64,000 nucleotides of DNA, from the IMG/VR virus record IMGVR_UViG_3300027286_000002; one strand, written 5' to 3'. The translations under genes were made by a program, and so were the position numbers. This DNA comes from a virus. Its lineage: Duplodnaviria > Caudoviricetes. Shown piece after piece: positions 39,957 through 47,752 of the stretch. Under the pieces are notes generated by a model. It worked only from the letters and a program-made list of their open reading frames with translations, made no database searches and was not told where the DNA came from. The first letter of the stretch is position 1. Every line of letters starts with the position of its first letter.

Positions 39957-40011
39957 GTTAATTCCTTTTCAATATCTTATAAGATTTCTACAAGAAAGGA
40001 CTGCAAAAAAA

Positions 40012-41154
40012 ATGACAAAAGAATTATTAAATGATCTTATCCAAACCATGTCACATACTGAAATGGCATCTCATCTTAATATCTCGCTTAACCATTTAAG
40101 AAGACTATTAAGAGTTCACAATATCAAAAAACCTTTAAAAGATAAAGCAGGCAATCCTATTAATCTTAAATATGTTGAAACCTTGTATGATGCAGGACAT
40201 CCTGTTTCTAAAATCCATATTATGGTTAATGCTTCTTTTGATGCCATCTCTAACTACCTCAACCTAAATAAAATTCGTATTAGTAAAAAACTACTACAAC
40301 ACTACTTTATTGATGAAAAACTTTCCCTTACACAAATAGCTGATCGTTTTGGATCATCTCTTTCTACTATTAAAAAATACCTACTACTCTATGAAATCAT
40401 AAAACCTGATATTCATATTGAGAAACACGATTTAGAATCACATCCTAATATACTTGTTTCCGAACTAGCTATTCTCTTTAACACAGATAAAGAAACGATT
40501 AGCTACTTTCTTAAAAAATATGACTTGTCTAAAAAAGGCAAAGTCAATCAAGAAAAACTACAACAGCTTTATTGTGTTGAACATAAATCACTACAAGAGA
40601 TTGCAGACCATTTTAAAATCTCACATATAACTCTTTGGCGAAGGATTAGACAATATAAACTCACTAGAGAATTTAATCCTGATATAGACCTCTTTGAGCA
40701 AAAACTCTCTGAATATAGAGACCTACCTATGCACAAGGCTAAACAAAACCTTGCGAAATATTATAATGTTTCTGTTGGTGAAATTGAAATCTTTTTTAAA
40801 AAGCACAATCTACTTAAAAAAAGAAAAAGAAGAAAGGTTACCTACACAAATGACCAGCTAAGAAAGATGTATGAAAGACTTGGGATTAAAGGTCTTATGA
40901 AGAAACTAGATATGACTGAATATAATGTTAAAAGAGCATTAAAGAGAAATGGTATCTTGCCATATAGCAAACCAAATAAAAGACTTGTCTTATCTATTCC
41001 TAAAGACCATATCAAATATCTCTACCATAAGAAATATGAACATTATAATGCACCTAGTGCAAGACAAGCAATGGCAGATGAATTAGGTTTATCTTTATAT
41101 GCAGTTACAAGGTATATTCAAATGTATAATCTAAACAGACCAAGAATTTTCTAA
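40012..41154 (+). CDS. Tandem multi-HTH protein
   Basis: About 7 HTH-like repeats; paralogue of 37287-38399; start after AAAGGA. Confidence 0.65.
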   Translation: MTKELLNDLIQTMSHTEMASHLNISLNHLRRLLRVHNIKKPLKDKAGNPINLKYVETLYDAGHPVSKIHIMVNASFDAISNYLNLNKIRISKKLLQHYFIDEKLSLTQIADRFGSSLSTIKKYLLLYEIIKPDIHIEKHDLESHPNILVSELAILFNTDKETISYFLKKYDLSKKGKVNQEKLQQLYCVEHKSLQEIADHFKISHITLWRRIRQYKLTREFNPDIDLFEQKLSEYRDLPMHKAKQNLAKYYNVSVGEIEIFFKKHNLLKKRKRRKVTYTNDQLRKMYERLGIKGLMKKLDMTEYNVKRALKRNGILPYSKPNKRLVLSIPKDHIKYLYHKKYEHYNAPSARQAMADELGLSLYAVTRYIQMYNLNRPRIF

Positions 41155-41167
41155 AAGGACACTTCTT

Positions 41168-41440
41168 ATGAAACCATTAAATCAAAATGTGATTATCAAA
41201 CCATCACCTGTAGAACCACAATCCCAATCAGGTTTATTTATTCCAGATACTGCTAAACAAGACCAATCTATTGCTACTGTGATTGCAATAGGCACAGGTT
41301 ATCCAAATGGCAAACCTTTAACAGTAAAGGTTGGCGATAAGGTAGTTTATTCCAAGTATGCAGGTGTAGAACTTAATTATGAAGATCAAGAGTATTTGGT
41401 CTTATCTGAATCGGATCTTTTGGCTGTGATTAAAAATTAA
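41168..41440 (+). CDS. groES: Co-chaperonin GroES
   Basis: MKPLNQNVII...SGLFIPDTAK...VIAIGTG...VKVGDKVVYSKYAGVE...YLVLSESDLLAVI. Confidence 0.93.
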   Translation: MKPLNQNVIIKPSPVEPQSQSGLFIPDTAKQDQSIATVIAIGTGYPNGKPLTVKVGDKVVYSKYAGVELNYEDQEYLVLSESDLLAVIKN

Positions 41441-41494
41441 TATTTTATTTATATGCAAGTCTTTATAAAACAACTTTGAAAAGGTAAAGATAAA

Positions 41495-41758
41495 ATGAGA
41501 AGATTTGCAAATACAGAATCATCAGAAATGCAAGCTAAAGTAATCCAAAAAATTCTTGAAAACCAAATTGCAGATAACTTTTATATAAATGATGAAATGA
41601 AAAAAAAAGTTAAACAGCTTTTAGCAACTATGGATATGGAAGCTATCGATGAAGATCTTATGGATGATATTGATTATGCTTTTGATGCTTATGCTAAAGC
41701 CATGCAGAATTTCTTTTATTATGCAGAGAAATTAGAAGATCTTATTAAACTTGTTTAA
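41495..41758 (+). CDS. Small acidic hypothetical protein
   Basis: AAAGG SD. Confidence 0.55.
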   Translation: MRRFANTESSEMQAKVIQKILENQIADNFYINDEMKKKVKQLLATMDMEAIDEDLMDDIDYAFDAYAKAMQNFFYYAEKLEDLIKLV

Positions 41759-41937
41759 AAAACCATTTTAGAAAAGAATGGTTTAAACCAAGTTAGCATT
41801 ATTGTACTTCCTATTCCACAACCTAATGCAGTTCCTATAAAGCACAGACAAAAAGTTAAGATTGCTTTATTTCTTATCTTATTATCACTCGCATCTACAT
41901 ATCCTGTTCTCTTTAAGAAAAACTCTAACTCATTCAT
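41755..41937 (-). CDS. Small membrane protein ending module block B
   Basis: ATGA-coupled to module B4; one TM segment. Confidence 0.5.
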   Translation of the reverse strand: MNELEFFLKRTGYVDASDNKIRNKAILTFCLCFIGTALGCGIGSTIMLTWFKPFFSKMVF

Positions 41938-42158
41938 TTATCTTCCTTACATGGTGCTAAATACCTATTAGGATTTAATATCCAATTTCCTCGTCCAATA
42001 ACTTCTCTATTTCTTGCAGTGGACAAGGCTACAAACACTCTAAAATTAATAGGAAAGATTTCAATACCTGATTTACTTGATGCTATGCTAGATAAGGTAA
42101 AAACACTATGCTCGTTTCTAGTAACTTCATTACTACTTGTTTCAAACCAACAGATCAT
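41934..42158 (-). CDS. Putative stand-alone MTase target-recognition module B4
   Basis: ICWFETSSNEV...GIEIFPINFRVFVALSTAR...GNWILNPNRYLAP. Confidence 0.65.
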   Translation of the reverse strand: MICWFETSSNEVTRNEHSVFTLSSIASSKSGIEIFPINFRVFVALSTARNREVIGRGNWILNPNRYLAPCKEDK

Positions 42159-42364
42159 TTTTCTTCATCCTTATTAGGTGCTAGATACACATTTTCATAT
42201 TTTATCCAATCATCTTGTATAATTCTTTTTGCCACAAATAAAGATATTCTTTTCTTATCATATCCATTTAAAAAAGCACTATGTCCTATTTTAGGTATGC
42301 TACTTAATACAGTAGTGCCTTGTGCATACAAATGCACAATATTACTATCAAATACAAAATACAC
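42155..42364 (-). CDS. Putative stand-alone MTase target-recognition module B3
   Basis: YFVFDSNIV...RISLFVAKRIIQDDWIKYENVYLAP (GTG start). Confidence 0.65.
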   Translation of the reverse strand: MYFVFDSNIVHLYAQGTTVLSSIPKIGHSAFLNGYDKKRISLFVAKRIIQDDWIKYENVYLAPNKDEEK

Positions 42365-42366
42365 TT

Positions 42367-42582
42367 TTAGTTATCCTTATTAGGTTTTAAAAACCTGTCT
42401 TGATCATTTATCCTAGTATGTTTAGGTAAAATTCGAGCATTAAATAATCCTACACTTTCTCTAAAATTACTGTCCTGTACATATAAGCCTCCACTATGAG
42501 AATAAAATTTACAGGATTGCAAATAAACAAGTTGCTGTCCTTGCCATACATTATTTGAATCACTTATGAAATAAAATCTCAT
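42367..42582 (-). CDS. Putative stand-alone MTase target-recognition module B2
   Basis: FYFISDSNNV...GLYVQDSNFRESVGLFNARILPKHTRINDQDRFLKP. Confidence 0.65.
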   Translation of the reverse strand: MRFYFISDSNNVWQGQQLVYLQSCKFYSHSGGLYVQDSNFRESVGLFNARILPKHTRINDQDRFLKPNKDN

Positions 42583-42583
42583 A

Positions 42584-42796
42584 TCATTTCTTTCTTAAAG
42601 CTAGATAAACATCATCTCTATTTATAAAGCTGGCTGTACTCACTAACCTTCTACTCATATATAAACAGACAGATCTTCTTATATTAAAAGGCTCTACATA
42701 TAGACCATGATTTACAGATGATACACCACTTAATAAAAATACATCCTGTATGTTTTTTCCTATGTTGTTATTATTGTTCTCAAACCAATAAACCAT
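42584..42796 (-). CDS. Putative stand-alone MTase target-recognition module B1
   Basis: VYWFENNNNNI...HGLYVEPFNIRRSVCLYMSRRLV...FINRDDVYLA. Confidence 0.65.
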   Translation of the reverse strand: MVYWFENNNNNIGKNIQDVFLLSGVSSVNHGLYVEPFNIRRSVCLYMSRRLVSTASFINRDDVYLALRKK

Positions 42797-42862
42797 AAGC
42801 TATCTTCCTTATATATAGAAATCGTGATTTTTTACCTATATTGTAAAAACATAGGTAAAAAC

Positions 42863-43102
42863 TTATATTGTTTTACCTATATAGACATCGTTACTGTTTA
42901 TCCAATTTGATTTTATTAATGATCTAACACTATATAAAGTAATACATCTTCTCATATTATTCTTATACATATATAAACCATTTCCCTGTACCTCTCCCCT
43001 ATTCATATGACCCGGGGATGTGAAAGATGTCATATAAGCACCTTGAGTAGCTCCTGTAATGTTATTTTCTTTAGATGTGAAAAAACCATAGTGATTACTC
43101 AT
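42863..43102 (-). CDS. Putative stand-alone MTase target-recognition module A4
   Basis: HYGFF...NNI...GLYMYKNNMRRCITLYSVRSLIKSNWINSNDVYIG. Confidence 0.65.
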   Translation of the reverse strand: MSNHYGFFTSKENNITGATQGAYMTSFTSPGHMNRGEVQGNGLYMYKNNMRRCITLYSVRSLIKSNWINSNDVYIGKTI

Positions 43103-43340
43103 TTATCTTATCCTCTCTTCCCATGTACCTATCTTGGTCGTTTATCCATGTGTGTTTTGATAACACCCTTGCACCATATAAAGCAATGACTTGCCGTATG
43201 TTACTTTGGTGTATATATGTTCCAAATCCTTTTAAGTGATGTTTTCCACCATCGGATGTTGAGGACATTAAATAAGCACCTTGAACAGACCACTGTACAT
43301 TATTACCTTCACTGATAAAGAAACCATAGTGATTACTCAT
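43095..43340 (-). CDS. Putative stand-alone MTase target-recognition module A3
   Basis: HYGFF...NNV...GTYIHQSNIRQVIALYGARVLSKHTWINDQDRYMG. Confidence 0.65.
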   Translation of the reverse strand: MSNHYGFFISEGNNVQWSVQGAYLMSSTSDGGKHHLKGFGTYIHQSNIRQVIALYGARVLSKHTWINDQDRYMGREDKINE

Positions 43341-43573
43341 CTTATCTTATCCTTACCTATATAGGCATCATTACTGTTTATCCATTGTGATTTTATAAGT
43401 GTCTTTACTACAAATAAACTCACTGTCTGTCTTATATTATTTTTCTCTACATAATAACCAGCTTGCCCCATTAAACCTATACCACATCTAGGATAAGACC
43501 TTGTACTTAATAAATAACAATCCTGCATACCATGCTGTATGTCATTCCCATTACTATTAAAATAACAAATCAT
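43337..43573 (-). CDS. Putative stand-alone MTase target-recognition module A2
   Basis: CYFNSNGNDI...GYYVEKNNIRQTVSLFVVKTLIKSQWINSNDAYIG. Confidence 0.65.
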   Translation of the reverse strand: MICYFNSNGNDIQHGMQDCYLLSTRSYPRCGIGLMGQAGYYVEKNNIRQTVSLFVVKTLIKSQWINSNDAYIGKDKIR

Positions 43574-43575
43574 TC

Positions 43576-43791
43576 TTATCTCTTTGGTGCTAAATAAACA
43601 TCATCATGCTTTTCCCATGATGATTTAATAACTGATCTACATACAAATAAAGATATTCTTTTTCTGTCATATCCTCTTAAATATGCACAGTGTCCTATCT
43701 TTGGCTCACCACTAAAAAGTAAAACCCAAGAAGTATTCGTCCTCACTATATTACTATCAAATACAAAATACATTCTATTACTTCGGATCAT
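43576..43791 (-). CDS. Putative stand-alone MTase target-recognition module A1
   Basis: ATGA overlap with the MTase stop; YFVFDSNIV...RISLFVCRSVIKSSWEKHDDVYLAP. Confidence 0.65.
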   Translation of the reverse strand: MIRSNRMYFVFDSNIVRTNTSWVLLFSGEPKIGHCAYLRGYDRKRISLFVCRSVIKSSWEKHDDVYLAPKR

Positions 43792-45350
43792 TCTTTTAAA
43801 AATCCATATTCATATACACCCGGTCTTAACTTATCACCTAAAACCTTATGCAATTCTTTTAACTTCTTAAAATCTGCATTATACTCTTTTTCCCAAAATC
43901 CCTTTAACTGATACCACCCACAATCCCAACATAATAACTGCAACTCAGGATTCGCTTTAGCATATGCCTCTCTTGTTGCCAATGACTTTAACCATAATTC
44001 TGTAGCATGAACTAATAATGCCACTGCCTCTTCACTTAATGTCAATTCTGCTATTAATGTAGACACATAAGATTCTTCATAATACTTCTCATAATCTGCT
44101 AACATCAATGCACTATGCTCTTCTATTGCACCACGAATGCCATATCTCTCTAACCAAAAGAAATGATTCTTAATTTGCCAAATCTCACCACCCCATGATA
44201 CATCTCTCATAGATGTACAATTATTCTTCGTTTCAAAAATAGAATAAATATGTCCATCATCCACCCACTGCTCATAGCCTGTCTTTACTTCACTTGATGT
44301 ATGCTTATATTTATTCCCTTCGTCTAACCACCTCTGTGTAAATGGTATCGATGGATATGCAATATATTCAATTTCTTTTTCAGGTGCTTTTTTAATTGGA
44401 CCCGTCTTTTCCCTTTCCTTGATTTTAAGACCACTTGTCATAATTGGATATTCATAGGTTTCCATATCTTTAATAGGTTCTCTAACCCACTCACTAGCTG
44501 GCATATGGTTATCGCAATTATAAATCTGTTTCCATCCATAATGACTTGCATCAAGATTTTTAATTTCTAACTTTGGATCTGTCTTAGTTTTCCCTTCACT
44601 CCAAATCGTAAAGCCTACTCCCCATTCAGATGAAACACCTGCAAATGCACTCGCATTAAAGAAAAATCCTGCTTTAAATTCAAAGGCATTGTAATACCAT
44701 TCTCTAAATTTCTTTGCTGTTTCCTGAATCATAAACTTGATTGGTGAAAAGAAACATAAACTGACTTTCTTATATCCAAAATACTTTGCCTGTCTTGCAC
44801 ATTCAAAAATAAATTGAAAATATAAATTAGAACGACAAGCACCTAAATGCAACATCTTTTCTTTAACAAGTGTATTACTCACACCTTCTTTATTTTCTTC
44901 ATCATCTGCAAGTGTACCTGCCGCCGCATATGGTGGATTAATAAAGAACACAAGTCTTTTACCTGCCTTTGCTCCTGCATATAACTGATCTTGCACTGCA
45001 TCTGGAATAACATTGCTTTCATCACCTAAGCTAAACAAACATCCATCTGTATCTGTTGGATTTAAGAAATCATACTTAAAAGCATTTTTAAATCCTTGCT
45101 TATGTAGTAAATCCACTTCAGGTTGCTCTAATGTAGATAAGATTAAATTCTTAAAATCATATTCTCTAATCAAATTGCCTGAGCCTGAACAACAATCCCA
45201 TACAAGACTTTCTTCTTTCCAAGTTTCACCTAAGACATTACTTGTTAAGGTATGTGCTTGATCCACCCATAAAGCTGGTGTAAAAAATGCACCTTGTCTT
45301 GTTCGGATTTCATTCTCTAAGGTTTCATCATATCTGTGATGTTCACTCAT
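43788..45350 (-). CDS. Gamma-class N6-adenine DNA methyltransferase (Type IIG-related, no nuclease domain) with an apparent internal deletion of the target-recognition segment
   Basis: GAFFTP (motif X), VWDCCSGSGNL (motif I), FINPPY (motif IV), long helical C-terminus ending YEYGFLKE. Confidence 0.85.
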   Translation of the reverse strand: MSEHHRYDETLENEIRTRQGAFFTPALWVDQAHTLTSNVLGETWKEESLVWDCCSGSGNLIREYDFKNLILSTLEQPEVDLLHKQGFKNAFKYDFLNPTDTDGCLFSLGDESNVIPDAVQDQLYAGAKAGKRLVFFINPPYAAAGTLADDEENKEGVSNTLVKEKMLHLGACRSNLYFQFIFECARQAKYFGYKKVSLCFFSPIKFMIQETAKKFREWYYNAFEFKAGFFFNASAFAGVSSEWGVGFTIWSEGKTKTDPKLEIKNLDASHYGWKQIYNCDNHMPASEWVREPIKDMETYEYPIMTSGLKIKEREKTGPIKKAPEKEIEYIAYPSIPFTQRWLDEGNKYKHTSSEVKTGYEQWVDDGHIYSIFETKNNCTSMRDVSWGGEIWQIKNHFFWLERYGIRGAIEEHSALMLADYEKYYEESYVSTLIAELTLSEEAVALLVHATELWLKSLATREAYAKANPELQLLCWDCGWYQLKGFWEKEYNADFKKLKELHKVLGDKLRPGVYEYGFLKE

Positions 45351-46177
45351 TTTTTTTCTTTCACATGGTCTAAATGGTTAAAAAAAGTTTTCACTAAATC
45401 TGCTCTTGAAATTTTATCTTCCAACTCTTTTCTTAAAAAGAAACACTTGATCTTTGAATCATATTTATGTGTTTCCACTGATGCAAACTCTGCATCATCT
45501 TTTAAGATATATGTTGTCTTTAACTTCCCTGCAAAATCCAATACTATTAAATACAAACTCTGATCTTTAAATCCTAAAGAAAATACTTTGCTCGCTTTTC
45601 TTGATGCACCTTCTGCAATCTGATGCCACATCAAATTGCCTATTAATTCTACACCTAAATCTTTGGCATCAAAATTTGAGATATTTGCATATCTATTTGT
45701 ACGAAAGACTGCTCTCTTATCATCTAATGTTAGTCCTCTTAATTCTTGATTGCTCGCATCTACATGATAAGTATTATAGATATTAATCATATCACTTAAA
45801 ATCCCTGCCTTTTTCATCAGCTCAATCTTATTTTGCAAAATCCTTTTTGAACCATATTCCAAATCAAATTTTTGCCTGTATAAAACATCTCTTTGCTTTT
45901 CTAGTTCTAACATTTCTTTTTCTAATGTTGAATTAATTGCAACTGCCTCTTCTGTATGTTTTTCATATATATGACTATAATCATTCGGATATGATGTCAT
46001 TTGCTTTAATGGCTTTAATACTGCTCTACTCGCAAGCACTGCTTTATGCACACCATCATATTTATTTGATGCCTCTCGATATTCTTTATCAAGAGTTTCA
46101 TATCTTTTTTGTATAGATGCTAAAAACATCTCACACTGCTCTAAATATGTCATTTCTGCTTTCTCCTTTGTAAGCAA
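45347..46177 (-). CDS. Hypothetical protein with N-terminal coiled coil, coupled to the MTase
   Basis: ATGA overlap at 45347-45350. Confidence 0.6.
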   Translation of the reverse strand: MLTKEKAEMTYLEQCEMFLASIQKRYETLDKEYREASNKYDGVHKAVLASRAVLKPLKQMTSYPNDYSHIYEKHTEEAVAINSTLEKEMLELEKQRDVLYRQKFDLEYGSKRILQNKIELMKKAGILSDMINIYNTYHVDASNQELRGLTLDDKRAVFRTNRYANISNFDAKDLGVELIGNLMWHQIAEGASRKASKVFSLGFKDQSLYLIVLDFAGKLKTTYILKDDAEFASVETHKYDSKIKCFFLRKELEDKISRADLVKTFFNHLDHVKEKK

Positions 46178-46192
46178 GCTACTTATATTTTT

Positions 46193-46477
46193 TCACTTAA
46201 AGGTTTCCACTATTTCTTCTACTAAAGCACCTAAATTTTTCCTTAACACTTCTACTTTTACCAACCTGCCTGTGTTTAAACATATATATATCCGATCTGT
46301 TAACTCATCTGACTTGTCTAACACAACCTCTGCTTTCTCATTCACTATATATATTTCCTGCCCATTATCCACTACCATTGCTAATCTTGTCTTTATAAAA
46401 TAATCTCTTATCCTATTATATAATATCCGTCTCGGTGTTTCAAATGCAGGAAATACTCTATCCCTCTCATTATACAT
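46193..46477 (-). CDS. Hypothetical protein
   Basis: Coupled ORF; GAGG SD. Confidence 0.55.
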   Translation of the reverse strand: MYNERDRVFPAFETPRRILYNRIRDYFIKTRLAMVVDNGQEIYIVNEKAEVVLDKSDELTDRIYICLNTGRLVKVEVLRKNLGALVEEIVETFK

Positions 46478-47075
46478 TTTTACAAAAACTCCTCAATACA
46501 CATGGTTTTAATACCTTTCCCTTATATAATCCACCTTCACATATCACCATTGGTATTTTACCATATCCACCATAACATCCACCTTCTGCTTCGCAATAAT
46601 ATCCACCCATGTCTTTAATCGCTTGTGCTAACACTGACATCCCTTTTAAAGACACTTGATTTAATAAATGCTTTTCTTCCACTGTTAACACACTCTCACC
46701 TGCTGTCTTAACTTCTTCTTTAATCACTTCCTCTACTACCACTTCCTCTTCTATCACTTCCTCTACTTCTTCTACTAATTCTTCTACAAATAAACTTTCT
46801 TGTCTTGCAGGTCTTGACCAATGTAATGGTTTCGGTACTACCAATACTCCTTTTTTCTTTAACTCAAATACCACTGATGATAAATTATTCGTAAATACTG
46901 ATACACCTCTATCATACACGCCCCAATGATTCTCATCTACTACTCCTAACTTCGATAAAACTAATGCTTTACCTTCTTTACCTGAATGTATCATTGCTCC
47001 TTCAGGTAACTCTAAAATCACCTGCTGAACTACTACCTTTAATGTCTTTCTTAAATCTTTTGCACTGCAAATCAT
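46470..47075 (-). CDS. Putative winged-helix + acidic linker + Cys-cluster protein
   Basis: Same architecture as 52098-52895; CEAEGGCYG...C...C. Confidence 0.5.
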   Translation of the reverse strand: MICSAKDLRKTLKVVVQQVILELPEGAMIHSGKEGKALVLSKLGVVDENHWGVYDRGVSVFTNNLSSVVFELKKKGVLVVPKPLHWSRPARQESLFVEELVEEVEEVIEEEVVVEEVIKEEVKTAGESVLTVEEKHLLNQVSLKGMSVLAQAIKDMGGYYCEAEGGCYGGYGKIPMVICEGGLYKGKVLKPCVLRSFCKNV

Positions 47076-47111
47076 TTTCTTTTCTCCTGTCTGTTGGTTT
47101 GTTTACTTAAT

Positions 47112-47141
47112 AACACTTGCTCTAAACCTTTATTGCAAGTT
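47112..47141 (-). promoter_or_regulatory. Putative early promoter heading the operon that contains the split MTase and module array
   Basis: AACTTGCAA-N14-AAGTGTT. Confidence 0.75.
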
Positions 47142-47752
47142 CATTCAAATTTTACAAAATTCTGTAATGGTAGCTTTTTCACTTTCCCTTCAGAATTTTC
47201 CACTACTACTATATAACACACATACTGCTTATATACACTCTGTACTGATACCAACCTTAATAACTCTTCCTGCTTTACATCTTTTATATCAAAACCATAC
47301 TCATCTACACCTATATCTAATCCCATACCATAATACTCTTCTTCATATATCCTGCTATTCTCTAATAGTCCTTTAAATAACCTGTCATACTCACCTACCT
47401 TTGCTACTCTTGATTTTATGATATTCTCATTCCCTTTCGTTATCGTATATAACTTGTACTCACCTGTCATTATATAATGCACTTCAGATACTCCTAATAA
47501 ATTGTCTTTCTCTAAATAATACCCATCTCCTATGCCTATCATCTGCACAGGTGATAAAAATCTCAAATCACCTATATCCACTAAATACTTCTTTCTCAAC
47601 CTCTCATTAAATACCTTCTTCAACTCTAAATACTTTTCTTTGCCTATATACTGCTCTACTTCATTCTCTTTTACCTTAAATAAATTATCCGATGAATAAT
47701 CCATCTTCACATTTAATGTCTTTAATAATGCAAAATACATCTGCTCTATCAT
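47141..47752 (-). CDS. Hypothetical protein (paralogue of 47749-48327)
   Basis: EQYIGKEK...KKYL...L.P shared; coding strand extremely C-poor. Confidence 0.55.
   Translation of the reverse strand: MIEQMYFALLKTLNVKMDYSSDNLFKVKENEVEQYIGKEKYLELKKVFNERLRKKYLVDIGDLRFLSPVQMIGIGDGYYLEKDNLLGVSEVHYIMTGEYKLYTITKGNENIIKSRVAKVGEYDRLFKGLLENSRIYEEEYYGMGLDIGVDEYGFDIKDVKQEELLRLVSVQSVYKQYVCYIVVVENSEGKVKKLPLQNFVKFE

Noticed and set aside
39250-43340. Recurring ~20-nt sequences at regular spacing as a CRISPR array
   Set aside because: They are the conserved 5' ends of paralogous ORFs, with ~230-bp coding spacers; no cas genes
39012-43791. Module array as silent cassettes for gene conversion or a shufflon into the MTase
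   Set aside because: The modules have their own starts and translational coupling. I saw no DNA homology or recombination sites shared with the MTase linker (about 44275-44420), and no invertase nearby. Not fully excluded.
45347-46177. Restriction endonuclease partner of the MTase
   Set aside because: No PD-(D/E)xK, HNH or GIY-YIG motif recognised
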